A stretch of 64,000 nt of DNA. Origin: Lama glama. Its lineage: Eukaryota. Each line of letters begins with the position of its first letter. Positions within the stretch are counted from its first letter, which is position 1. Below are positions 50,693 through 62,747 of this stretch, piece after piece. The position numbers and the translations under genes are program-made. The stretch spans positions 101,806,001 through 101,870,000 of the forward strand of contig CM052817.1 in NCBI GenBank assembly GCA_028534125.1. Direction: 5' to 3'. The notes under the pieces were generated by a model. The model searched no databases and was not told the DNA's origin. It saw nothing but the letters and a program-made list of their open reading frames with translations.

Positions 50693-51671
50693 CAATGGTT
50701 CTTAAGCCAGGAGCAAGTTCCCCCCCCCACCTCTTCGCTCAGCAATGCTTAGAGGCATTGTGGTTCTCATGATGGAGGGAATTTAAGAAGGGCTTTGTGG
50801 ATGAGGTATTGAGGCAGAGCTTGAAGAATAGAGAGAATTTCAATGGTCTGTGTGTCTGCCTGAGTCAATACAGACTGGTTGAAATCTGTAGGATGTGTTT
50901 GGAGAATGATGAGCAGTTTAATTTGCTCAATGTCAGAAAAGCTGAGAGGCATACGCACAGAACCCAGGATGGAATCAGAACATCTGATGGTTTTTGAGCA
51001 AGCAGGTGGCATGATCAGAACATAGATCACATGAAGGATATGCTGACAAAGGCACAGAAAATGGGCTGGAATAGAAAGCTGAAGGGGCAGGAACAGTTGG
51101 AAGGTGTCCTCATGACCTGGGCAAGACTGGCTGAAGGAACTGGGCAAGGGGGCACTGATTGCACAATAGTGCAGAATTAGACTTGATAGGACTCCATGTG
51201 AGTTGGTCATTTATTGACTGTGGGGGCCAATAAATGAGGAGGAGTTGGAGAGGACACCAAGGTTTTGAACCTGAGGACTTGGAGGTCATAGAGCTATTCA
51301 CAGGTTTCACAGGTACAAGGACATTAAAGGAAGAAGCTGGTTTGTGTCAAGATGATTTCTTTTTGAACAGGTTGAATTAAAGATGCTTGAGGACATCCAA
51401 GTGAAATCCCCTAGCTGCTGATTGGAACCATGGGATAAGGGATTGGGAAAGGAGATATGGGTAAAGGGGCAGAAATGTGGTTGTCTTTTTCACAGAAGAG
51501 TGATTAATATGGATAAAGTCTGATCATAGAACTTTGGTTGGAAAAGATTAGTGAATAGAAGCCAAGGATGTTGCTAAACACCTTACTAAGCACAGGATAA
51601 CCTCTTTCTCCTTTCCATGGAAAAACATTTACCAGGCTTAAATGTCAGTATTTCTGAGGCTGAGGAACCTG
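50693..51671 (+). mobile_element. MER20 hAT-Charlie MITE split into 50693-50773 and ~51549-51671
   Basis: 5' half 'caatggttcttaagccagg...gcaatgcttagaggcattgtggttctcat'; 3' half 'tagtgaatagaagccaaggatgttgctaaacacct...aaatgtcagtatttctgaggctgaggaacctg'; combined length ~205 bp. Confidence 0.75.
50774..51539 (-). repeat. Left arm of a ~760-bp inverted repeat (copy of L2 segment 53145-53900)
   Basis: Reverse complement of 53145-53900; the ORFs 51210-50767(-) and 53464-53997(+) share 124 of their first 126 aa. Confidence 0.97.
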
Positions 51672-52659
51672 TTATAATGCTTTCTTCTTTCTTAATATTT
51701 CACTTGTCTGTATGATTTGTGATGGTCAGCTAACCGTCATTTATACACCCCAACATGGCTTAAACCCAGCACATGATAAGCCCATCTGTTTCAAAGTATG
51801 ATTTTATAGATCAGAAAGCGTCGTGCCTGGCAAGCCTTCTGTCTCCTCCTGACTTCAAAATATCTTCCTGAGAGATCAGTTCACTACCAGTGTTTTACAA
51901 ACATTAAAGTTGTGCACACTCTACAACAGCAAAAACACGATATAAGAATTACTTAAGAAGCAAAATTAAATGGCTGAACTCTTAACCCTGCCCTCACCCC
52001 ACCGGAAATATACCAGAGTCAGCCTGTACTCTCGCTAGCCCTTTAGTCATTAAAAAAAATTAAACAAGAATGAGAAGGAAATAGACTCCATTCTCCTCCT
52101 TGCCTTAAGCCTGTAAAATTGTAGTGCATTTGGGATAAAGTATTTTGCATTTTATGACCACTTCAGTTTACTATAGAAGAGAAACGTCAAACATCTTTAT
52201 CTAATTTGTTACATTGCACATTGTCCAGGTTTGGCTGACGATTGGAGTATATTTGCCCTTTCCCATACATTTGAATAGAAAAGGAACAGATATATTTACC
52301 TCCTTGTATTTGGAAATGTTCATTTGTAGTTGTTATGTTAGAATCATCTCCATAGGTCTGCATTTTGCTTGTTTCCATAGTAACCATGCAGCCCTATAAC
52401 TTCCTTAAAAGGTCATCTATTTTTTAATCAGTGAATTAGAATTTCTTGCCTTTGTACTCTGTATTCTGCTTTTTTTTTTCTTCTTCTTTTTTTAATCCTT
52501 GGTTTGGGAATGAAAGCAGGTAGAGGGATGAGAGGATGGCACACATTAAATGAAACATGTGTTTAACCTGTGAGAAATACATATGGGCTCCCTTTGGTTA
52601 TATAGTTCTTCCCTAAGAATATTTATTAACCTATGAGGTGTAATGAGCTAAGTAGAACA

Positions 52660-52870
52660 TTCAGGTGTCCAGCCCATTCAGTGCAGTGAGCATTATCAAT
52701 AATATCACCTAGATCACTGGACAAAACCTGCATTTTCACAGATGAAGAAGATAAAATTATCTTATATAGATAAGGCTTCCTATATGAGGAAGGGAGCTTG
52801 CCTTGCTTGTCCGAGAGCTTTTAACTCTTGAAAAGAGCAGGGATTTGAGTCTGAAAACAGAATCAATGCT
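52660..52870 (-). mobile_element. MIR fragment
   Basis: 'cattttcacagatgaagaa', 'gagcagggatttgagtctg'. Confidence 0.5.
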
Positions 52871-52979
52871 CTTAATCAGAGGCTGACAGCCTCCTATTTA
52901 AACATAGCAAGACAGACCACGATTGATGGTTCAGGATGGTCTATTTTCTCAACGTCTTGAGGTTTCTTTGTTGTCCCGC

Positions 52980-54145
52980 TAACTGCTAAATCCAGCCCTT
53001 TGTTCTGCTCTCTTACTTACATGTATGTCTTTCAGCATTTGGCATTGTTGTTGAGTACCCCTCCCTCATTTGCTTCCCTCATTAAACCCTCTCTCTGATT
53101 TTTATCACCAATTCTTCCATCTCTTTCTCTGTAAGTTTTTCTCTAACCAAAGTTCTATGATCAGACTTTATGCATATTAATCACTCCTCTGTGAAAAAGA
53201 CAACCACATTTCTGCCCCTTTACCCATATCTCCTTTCCCAACCTCTGATCCCATGTTTCCAACCAGCAGCTAGGGGATTTCACTTGGATGTCCTCAAGCA
53301 TCTTTAATTCAACCTGTTCAAAAAGAAATCATCTTGACACAAACCAGCTTCTTCCTTTAATGTCCTTGTACCTGTAAATAGCTCTATGACCTCCAAGCAC
53401 TCAAGTTCAAAACCTTGGTGTCCTCTCAACTCCTTCTCATTTATTGGCCCCCACAGTCAATAAATGACCAACTCACATGGAGTCCTATCAAGTCTAATTC
53501 TGCACTATTGTGCAATCAGTGTCCCCTTGCCCAGTTCCTTCAGCCAGTCTTGCCCAGGTCATGAGGACACCTTCCAACTGTTCCTGCCCCTTCAGCTTTC
53601 TATTCCAGCCCATTTTCTGTGCCTTTGTCAGCATATCCTTCATGTGATCTGTGTTCTGATCATGCCACCTGCTTGCTCAAAAACCATCAGATGTTCTGAT
53701 TCCATCCTGGGTTCTGTGCGTATGCCTCTCAGCTTTTCTGACATTGAGCAAATTAAACTGCTCATCATTCTCCAAACACATCCTACAGATTTCAACCAGT
53801 CTGTATTGACTCAGGCAGACACACAGACCATTGAAATTCTATTCTTCAGGCTCTGCCTCAGGCAGTATCTTATCCACAAAGCCCTTCTTAATTTCCATCC
53901 CACAACTTTTGGTCCTTATAGTTTCCCCATCATCCTCCTGCTATTTTGTGTCTGTGTCATGCCACTTTTCCTGCTCTGTTTTTATAATTTTTGTTAATTT
54001 ACCTTGGTCCTTCTTGCCTCCTCTTATGTCATGAATCTTTCTCTGGCAGGGAGCATGTCTTCCTTAGCTCGGTACCTTCACCTCTCCAGCACCTAGGACA
54101 GTGCCTGAGACATAGTAGAAACTCAGTGACTTTTTGTTGAACTAA
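52980..54145 (+). mobile_element. L2 LINE 3' region (contains the donor arm of the inverted repeat)
   Basis: 'cacttggatgtcctcaagcatctttaattcaacctgttcaaaa', 'gatcatgccacctgcttgctcaaaaacc', 3' end 'cacctaggacagtgcctgagacatagtagaaactcag'. Confidence 0.8.
53145..53900 (+). repeat. Right arm of the inverted repeat
   Basis: Reverse complement of 50774-51539. Confidence 0.97.
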
Positions 54146-54669
54146 CCACAGCAATACTAGTGGGATGTCTGGCGCAGAGAGCAGGAAATGTATGTATAGA
54201 AAGGGTCTCTGATTTCCTGGTGCTTCTGGAAGTGCTTCTTCAATGTATCATTCACCACCTGGCACAGATCTGTCATCTCACCTTTTCTGTGCCACCAAAC
54301 AGCAACTTCTCTTTTCTGCTTAGAAGCCCAGGTCATCTCTGGAGATACATGTTGACATTTTCCTGAGGCTTCATCAAGTGAAAATCAGTCTGGCTGTAAA
54401 GTAAACAACACAGAGTTCCACTTGAGAAAAACAGAACAGAGAAAACTGGAAACTCTCTGTTGGTTAGAGGTACCCATCCGTGTGGGCTATTGACTGAATT
54501 GGGTACAAGTGCTCCCAACAGGATGCAAATGTTAAGCAAAATTTTACAAGCATTGCACTCTGCTTCCTCCTCTCTTATTTTTTCAGGTGCCTCCTTTTAG
54601 TCCTTACCTCCCCAAATCTTAAAACCCCACTAAGACCAGCAATCCTTTGAACTTCTTAAAAAAAAGGAC

Positions 54670-55272
54670 TAAACATTTTTAGAGCTGTTTTAGGTTAACA
54701 GTAAAATTAAGACGAAGATACACAGATTTTTCCATATACCCCCTGCCCTCACACATGCATAGCCTCCCCCCTTATCAGCATCCTCCCCCAGAGTGGTACA
54801 TTTGTTACGACTGATGAACCTACACTGACACATTGTAATTAATTGGAATGTTGTACATTCTATGGGTTTGGAAAAACGTGTCCTGATATATATCCATCAT
54901 TATAGTATCATACAGTGTAGTTTCATTGCCCTAAAATTCCTCTGTGCTCTGTTTATTCATCCCCCGACCAAGAACCTTTAGCAACCACTGATCTTTTACT
55001 GTCTCCCGTTTTTTGCCTTTTCCACAGTTTGATACAATTGGAATCATACAGTAAGTATAGCCTTTTCAGATCGGCTTCTCTCACTTAGTGATATGCATTT
55101 AAGATTCTTCCATGTCTTTTCATGGTTTGACAGCCCATTTTAAAAATGGTAGAATAACATTCCACTGTCCGGAAGTATAACAATTTATTATATTTTTCAC
55201 CTCCTGAAGGACATCTTGGCTGTTTCCAACTTTTGGCTATTTTGAATAAAGCTTCTATAAACATCAGTGTCT
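54670..55272 (-). mobile_element. L1MC-like 3' end
   Basis: 'ttagagctgttttaggtt...ccagagtggtacatttgttac...gatgaacctacactgacac'. Confidence 0.8.
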
Positions 55273-56387
55273 TATAGTTTTCTGAATTCAGGTATTTTAT
55301 CTCCTTGGTTAGATTTTTTTCCTAGGTATTTTGTGATAGTTCATTGTTAGTGAATAGAAACACAATATATTCCTGTAGATTAATTTTGAATCCTGCAACT
55401 TTACTGAATTAATTCATTATTTCTAATAGTTGGTTATTTTTTTTTTCTTGGTGGCAGTCTTCAGGATTTTCTGCATATACTATGTCATCAGCAAACAGTG
55501 ACAATTTTATTTCTCCCTTTCCAATTTGGATTCCTTTATTTCTTTTTCTTCTCTGATAGCTGTGATTAGAACTTCCAATATGATGCTGAATAAAAGTAGC
55601 AAGAGTGGGCATCCTTGATACATTCTTGATCTTAGAGGAAATGCTTTCAGTTTTTCACTGTTGAGTATGATGTTGGCCGTAGGTTTGTCATATATGGCCT
55701 TTATTATGTTGAGGTATGTTGAGTTCCCTCTATTATGCAGTTTGTTGGAAGTTTTTACATAAATTGATTTTAAATTTTGTCAAAAGCATCTATGAGATGC
55801 TCATATGATTTTTATTCTTCTATATATTAATGTGTCACATTGATTCATCTGTGGATATTGAACCATCCTTTTATCCCTAGGAAAAATTCTACTTGAAAAT
55901 GCATGCTGTAGAATCCTTTTAATGTATTGTTGAATTTGATTTGCCTTTATGTTTATTAGTGATATTGTCCAGTAATTTTCCTTTTGTGTGTGTGTGTATC
56001 TCTGTCTGGTTTTGGTATCAGGATGATGCTGGCCCTGAAAATGATTTCAGAAATGTTCATTTCTCTTCAATATTTTGGAATAGTTTCAGAAGGATAGGTA
56101 TTAACTCTTCTTGAAATGTTTGATAGAATTCATCTCTGAAACCGTCTGGTGCTGGACTTTTTTTGATGGGGAGTTTTTTTTTTTATTATTACTGATTTAG
56201 TTTAATTACTGGTAATTGGTCTGTTCATGTTTTTTATTTCTTCCTGGTTCAGTCTTGGAAAATGTACATTTCTAGAAGTTAATCCATTTTGTCTCGGTTG
56301 TGCATTTTATTTGTGCGCGATTATTTATAGTTCTCTCTTACGATCCTTTGTATTTCTGCGGTGTCAGTTGTATTTTATCTTTTCTCA

Positions 56388-56424
56388 TTTTTTTTTTATT
56401 TTAGTGGGGGGGAAATACTTAGGT

Positions 56425-56460
<36 letters not shown>

Positions 56461-56535
56461 ATGGAGATACCGGGGAGTGAACCCAGGATCTCGTGCATGC
56501 TAGGCATGCACTCTGCCACTGAGCTACACCCTCCC
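56388..56535 (-). mobile_element. tRNA-Ala-derived SINE (Vic-1 type)
   Basis: Minus strand GGGAGGGTGTAGCTCAGTGGCAGAGTGCATGCC...GGTTCACTCCCC; (TAAA)n and poly(A). Confidence 0.9.
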
Positions 56536-56649
56536 TACTGTTCTCTCGTGATTTGATGACCGTCTAGTTTTATCTTTGGATTTCTTTCTCTTTTTTTGTG
56601 TGTGTATATCAATTGTGTTTGGTTTGTGGTTACCATAAGATTAACATAG

Positions 56650-56655
<6 letters not shown>

Positions 56656-56708
<53 letters not shown>
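56656..56708. repeat. (TA)n(CA)n microsatellite
   Basis: Directly visible. Confidence 0.95.
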
Positions 56709-56712
<4 letters not shown>

Positions 56713-58857
56713 CACATAATTTTTAAGTTGATGATCTCTTAAATTCAAACGTATTCTAGCTACTCTGCATTTTTACTCTCCTGCAATGCATCTAATGTTT
56801 CTGCCATCATATTTTACATCTTTTTGGTTTGGGTATCTCTTAACCAATTGTGGATGTAGATGATTTTTGCTGCTTTTGCCTTCTAACCTCCTACCACCTT
56901 TATAAGGGGTTGATCTACTACATTTACTGTACATTTGCCTTTACCAATGAATGTTTTCCTTGTGTAACTCTCACATTTCTAGTTGTAGTCTCTTCTTTTC
57001 CACTTAGAGAAGTCCCTTTAATGTTTCTTGTAAAGCTGGCTGAGTGGTGCTTGTGTGCCCTTTTGGCTTTTGCTTGTCTGTGAAACTCTTTCTCTCTCCT
57101 TCATATCTGAATGATTGCCTTGCCAGTTAGAGCATTCTTGGTTCTAGGTTTTTTCCTTTCATCACTTTGAATATATCATGCTACTTGCTTCCGGTCTGCA
57201 AAATTTCTGCTGAAAAGTCAGCTGATAGTCTTATGGAAGTTCCCTTGTATGTAACTAGTTGCCTTTCTCTTGCCGTTTTAATAATTCTCCCTTTTTTAAA
57301 AAAAATTGCCATTTTAATTTTGATGTGTCTTGGTGTGGACTTCTTTGGGTTCATCTTGTTTGGGACTCTGTGCTTCCTGGAGCTGGAAGTCTGTTTCCTT
57401 TCCCAGGTTAGGGAAGTTTTCAGCTATTATTTCTTCAAGTAATTTCTCTGCCCCTTTCTCTTCCTCTTATCATTATTTGTTAATTAATATTATAATTAAT
57501 ATTATTAAGAGACCAAGAGGTGTCTTAAACTATCTTCACTTTCAAAAATTCTTTTTTCTTTTTTCTATTCAACTTGGGTGATTTTCATGACTCTGTCTTT
57601 CCATTTTGCTGACTTGTTCATCTATATCATCTAATCTACTGTTGATTCCTTCTAGTGTATTTTAAAATTTAAATTATTGTATTCTTTAGTGCTATTTGGT
57701 TCTTCTTAATAGTTTCTAACTCTTTTTTGAAGTTCTCACTGTGTTTATCCATTCTCCTCCTGAGCTTGGGAAGAGTCTTTATGATTATTACCTTGAACCC
57801 TTTGTCAGGTAGATTGCTTATGTCCACTTCATTTAGTTTGTTTTCTGAGGTTTTGTCTTCTTGCTTTGCTTGGAACATACTTTCCCATCTTTTCATTTTG
57901 CTTAATTCTCTGTGCTTATTGCTACGGAGAAGTGGTTTTATGTAGGGGATGTCCTATGGGGCCCAGCAGCACACACACCCCCCCTCCAGTCACCAGGGCT
58001 GTTGCTCTAGTGGTGCCCCTCATGCGGGCTGTGTGGGCTCTTCTTTTGTAGTGGGGCTGATTGCTGTGGGTGGAGCCAGTCTTGGGGCTAGTGCTGGCCT
58101 GCTGGTGGGAAGAGCTGGATCCTGGGGTGGCTGGCTGTGTGGCCTGAGGCTGGTGCCAGCCTGCTTGTGGGCTAGTAAACCCTTGGCATTAATAAGCTAG
58201 AAGGATGATTCCAAGGTGGTACCTGTCAGCACCAATCAATGTCTATAGTAGAATAAGCTCCAAAAAAAAAAAAATGCTGCCTTTAGCATTTATGTCCCCA
58301 GGGGTATCCCAGTTGCCTCTTGCTCTCTCCAAGAGTTTTTCCAAAATCAGCAAGTGGGTGTGAGCCAGGCTCTTTTCAAATTGCTGCTTTTGTGCTGAGA
58401 CTCAGAGCATGTGAGATTTTGTGCATGCTCTTTGATAGTGGAGACTCTGTTTCCTACAGCCCTCTGGCTCTCCCATACTTGAGCTCTGGCAGCCTTTGAA
58501 GCCAGACATTCTGGGGGCTTGTCTTCCCCATGCAGGGGCCCCTGACTCCCAGTGGGGAGCCCAATGTGGGGCTGAGACTCCTTGCTACTTGGCAAGAACT
58601 CCTGCAGTTGTGATTATCCTCCTGTCTGTGGGTCACCTATCCAGGGGTATGGCTCTGGACTACATTGTATCTCCACCCCTCCTACCTGACTCACTGTGGT
58701 TCCCTTCTTTATATCTTTAGTTCTAGAAAATCTTTTCTGCTAGTCTTCGTGTTGGTCTCAAAAATAGTTGCTCTGTAAATAGTTGTGATTCTGGTGTGCC
58801 TGTGGGAGGAGGTGAGCTCAGGGTCTTCCTACTCTACCACTGGCCACTACCTTTAAG

Positions 58858-58975
58858 TAGTTCAGGCAAGGGACTTAGCCATTTTCAATTTCCATGTCTT
58901 TATAGTAGACTTGTCATGAGGATTAAATGTCTACACAAAGAAACTAATATCCAGTACACAGAAGGCTCTCCATCA
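58858..58975 (+). mobile_element. MIR fragment
   Basis: 'ggcaagggacttagcc...ttgtcatgaggattaaatg'. Confidence 0.5.
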
Positions 58976-59017
58976 CGGGGTTGTTTCTGGAGGAGCTGTT
59001 TGCTTTTAAAAAAAAAT

Positions 59018-61197
59018 TATTGAGTTTCAATAATCCTTTGTATATTTTGGATTACAGTCCTTTACCAGATGTGTTTTTGTAAATATTTTCTCCCAGCTTG
59101 TGGCTTGTCTTCTCTTCTTATTCTCTTGACATTGTCTTTTGCAGAGTAGAAGCTTTTAATTTTAATGACGTCCAATTTATCATTTTTTTAATGAATTGTG
59201 CCTTTAGTATTGTTTTTTAAAAAAATTCATCTACATAACCAATGCCATCTAGGTTTTTTCCTATGTTATCTTCTAAGCGTTTTATAGTCCACTTTGAGTT
59301 AGTTTTTGTGATGGGTGTAAAATCTGTGTCTAGATTTATTTATATTTTTTGCATGTGGATGTCCAGTTGTTCCAGCATCATTTGTTGAAAAGAATATCTT
59401 TACTCCATTTGCATTGCCTTTGTTCTTTTGTCAAAGATCTGTTGACTTTATTTATTAGGGTCTATTTCTGGGCTCTCTATTCTGTTCCATTGATCTGTTT
59501 GTCTATTCTGTTGCCAGTACCATACTGTCCTGATTACTGTAGCTTTATAGTAAGTCTTAAAGTCTGGTAATATTAGTCTTCCAACTTTGCTCTCCTTCAA
59601 TATTGCATTCACTATTCTGGATCTTTTGACCCTCCATATAAACTTTAGAATCAGTTTGTTGATACCCACAAAATAACTTGCTGGGATTTTGACTGGAATT
59701 GCATCGTCTCTATAGATCAAGATGAGAAGAATTCACATCTTGACAATATTGAGTCTTCTTATCCACAAACATGGAACATCTCTCTATTTATTTAGTTCTT
59801 TGATTTTGTTCATCAGAGCTTTGGAATTTTCCTGATATAGATTGTGTACATATTTTATTAGACTTATGCCCAAGTACTTCATTTTTGGAGGTACTTATAT
59901 AAATGGTACTGTGTTTTTAATTTTGAATTCCACTTGTTTACTGATGATATATAGGAAAGCAATTGACATTCATCTATTAACTTTGTATCTTGAAACTTTG
60001 TTATAATTGTTTATTATTTCCAGTTTTTTGGTTAATTTTTTTTCAGATGTTCTATAAAAATCATGTTATCTGTGAACAAAGACAGTTTTATTTCTTTCTT
60101 CCTGATCTGTATACATTTTATCTTTTTTCTTGTCTTATTGCATTAGGTAGAACTTCCAGTAAGATGTTGAAAAGGAATGGTGAGAAGGGTTATCCTTTGC
60201 TTGTATCTAATCTTGGTGGGAAGGTTTTAAGTGTTTCACTATTAAATATGGTGTAAGATGTAGGTCTTTGTAGATAATTTTTATCAAGCTGAGGAAGTTT
60301 CCCTATTCATAAGTTTTTGAGAGTTTTTATCATGAATATGTGTTCAATTTTGTCAACTGCTTTTTCTGCATCTATTGATATAATCATGTGATTTTTCTTT
60401 TTTAACCTATTGATGTAATGGATTATGCTAATCGATTTTTTTAAATGTTGAATCAGACTTGTATGTCTTGGGGTAAATCCCACTTGGTTATAATATGTAA
60501 TTCTTTTTATACATCATTGGCTTTGATTTGCTAATATTTTGTTGAGGATTTTTACATTTATGTTTATGAGACATACTGGTCTGTAGTTTTCTTGTAATGT
60601 TTTTGGTATAAGGGTAATACTGGCTTAGCAGAATAAGTCAAGAAGTACTCCCTCTGCTTCTATCCTCTGAAAGAGATTGTGGAGAATTGGTAAAATTTCT
60701 TCCTTAAATCTTTGGTAGAATTCATCAGTGAACTCATCTGGACCTGGTGCTTTTTGTTTTGGAAAGTTACTAATTACTGATTCAGTTTCTTAACAGACAC
60801 AGACCTATTCAGAGTGTCTATTTATTCTTGTGTGAGTTTTACAAATTACATCTTTCAGGGAATTGGTCCATTTTATCTATATTATCAAATTTGTGGGCAT
60901 AGAGTTGCTAGTAGTAACGTTTCATTATTATTCTTTTAATGTCCGTAGAATCTATAGTGATAGCTCTTTTTTTCACTTCTGATATTAGTAATTTGTGTCT
61001 TCTCTCTCTTTTTCTTAATTAGTCTGGCTAGTGGCTTACCAATTTTATTGAACTTTTCAAAGAACTAGGTTTGTTTTATTGATTTTCTCTATTGATTTCC
61101 CATTTTCAACTTTACTGATTTCTGCTCTCTTAGTATTTCCTTTCTTCTCCTTACTTTGGGTTTAATTTGCTCTTCTTTTTCTATTTTCCTAAGATGG
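59018..61197 (-). mobile_element. L1 ORF2 segment (~2.2 kb)
   Basis: 'KLILKFIW...[37 protein letters not shown]'. Confidence 0.9.
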
Positions 61198-61259
61198 ATA
61201 ATCTACCATTTTTAAATTGTCCTTCTGTTACCCCTGACCTAGTGTCCTGCATTCCTTTC

Positions 61260-61639
61260 TGTTATGGATTTAATTTTGTCTCCCTAAAATTTATATGGTG
61301 AAGTCCTCACCACAGTACCTCAGAATGTGACCTGAACTGGATTCTTGTAGAGGCAATCAAGTTAAAATGAGATCATTACTGTGGGCCCTAATTCAAAATG
61401 ATAGATGTCCTTATTAGAAAGGAAAATCTGGGGACAGACATCCCAGGGGGAATGCCATGTGAACCTGAAGATGACCATCTACATGCTAAGGAGAGAGGCC
61501 TGGAACAGACCCTTTCCTCAGATCCCTGATAAAGCCAACTTGATTTCAGACTTCTGGCTTCTGTGAAGCATATATTTCTGTTGTTAAAGCCACCCAGTTT
61601 GTGGTATTTTGTTTTGGCAGCCCCAGGAAACAAAAATAC
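61260..61639 (+). mobile_element. MLT1A/B-like MaLR solo LTR
   Basis: 'tgttatgga...cctcagaatgtgacc...aagccacccagtttgtggtattttgtt'. Confidence 0.85.
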
Positions 61640-62258
61640 CTCCTTTTCAGCAGAGATGCTATTGTCTGTCATCATTATTACTCACAAACCCCTTACCCAA
61701 GTCTACTTTTGTCACAGTTGTCTAGAAACTCACCCCTCTCCTTACTATTCTGGTTAAATCTAATTCTTTGTCTATTCCAGGCATGAACTTAGCAGCAAAA
61801 CACCATGGCAGCAAAATACATCCATGCCTACTGGTCTCAATTGTTATCCGGGTCCCCGTCTCCCTGTTAACCTCAAGTGGCTCAGCTTCCATACTACATC
61901 TTCCTAGTGTCCACTCAATCCCTCACCATCTAAAAGGACCACTACAGATCTTCTGTCCTCTTTTCAATCTTCCAACATCCCCATCTCAGCCATATGCTCT
62001 GATGATGACCTTGCTGCCTTGCTCACTGAATAAATGAAAGCAACTAGAAGAGAACTTCTGTATGCTCCCCACCACACTCACCCACCCACCCACCTATATC
62101 TATATCAAGGTACTCTGCTTTCTCTCTTTTTATAATGGATGAATCATCCATGTTCTGTCTTCAGCCCACTCCTCCCTTTATGCACCATATCCCATTCTTC
62201 TTTGTCTACTTAAGGACATGGTTTTAGTGATTATCTCTGGCATCTTTCTCATCAGCCT

Positions 62259-62747
62259 TGTTATGGGCTGAGTTGTGTACTCCCCCAATTCATTTGTGAA
62301 GTTCTAAACCCCAGGATCTCAGAATGTGGCTGGAGATAAAGTCACTAAAGAGGTAATTAAGTTAAAATGAGGTCATTAGGGTGTGCCCTAATCCAATATG
62401 ATTGGGGTCCTTTTACAGATAGGAGATTAAGATACAGATATGCACAAAAAAAAGACGATGTGAAGACACAAGGAGTGGGGAGGGTATAGCTCAGTGGTAG
62501 AGCACATGCTTAACACATTCGAGGTCCTGGGTTCAATCCCCACTACCTCCATTAAATAAAAAATTTTAAAAAAAAAGACACAACGAGAAAATGGCCATCT
62601 TCAAACCAAGTAGAGTGACCTCAGAGGAAACCAACCTTACTGACATTGTAGAATCCTAGCTTCCAGAACTGTGATAAAATAAATTTCTGTTGTTTGAGCC
62701 TCCTAGTCTGTGGTACTTTGTGATGGCAGTCCTAGCAAGCAGATACA
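62259..62747 (+). mobile_element. MLT1B-like MaLR solo LTR interrupted by a SINE
   Basis: TG...CA termini; 5-bp TSD agcct / agctt. Confidence 0.88.
62477..62574 (+). mobile_element. Short tRNA-Ala-derived SINE
   Basis: GGGGAGGGTATAGCTCAGTGGTAGAG...GGTTCAATCCCC; TSD aagacacaaggag (62463-62475) / aagacacaacgag (62575-62587). Confidence 0.93.

Larger units (their letters stand above)
55275..58850 (-). mobile_element. L1 5' portion (5' UTR, ORF1, inter-ORF, partial ORF2 RT) with internal deletion
   Basis: ORF1-like 'EVDISNLPDKGFKVIIIKTL...HSENFKKELETIKKNQ' (57896-57669); RT '[18 protein letters not shown]' (~55540-55485). Confidence 0.85.

Noticed and set aside
50767..53997. Two near-identical ORFs (147 aa minus, 177 aa plus) resembling a duplicated gene
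   Set aside because: Both lie in the L2-derived inverted repeat arms; no recognisable protein, and their similarity is explained by the duplication
62477..62574. Possible tRNA-Ala gene (likewise at 10134, 29487, 31802, 56388)
   Set aside because: Mutated stems, A-rich tails and, for most copies, TSDs show these are SINEs
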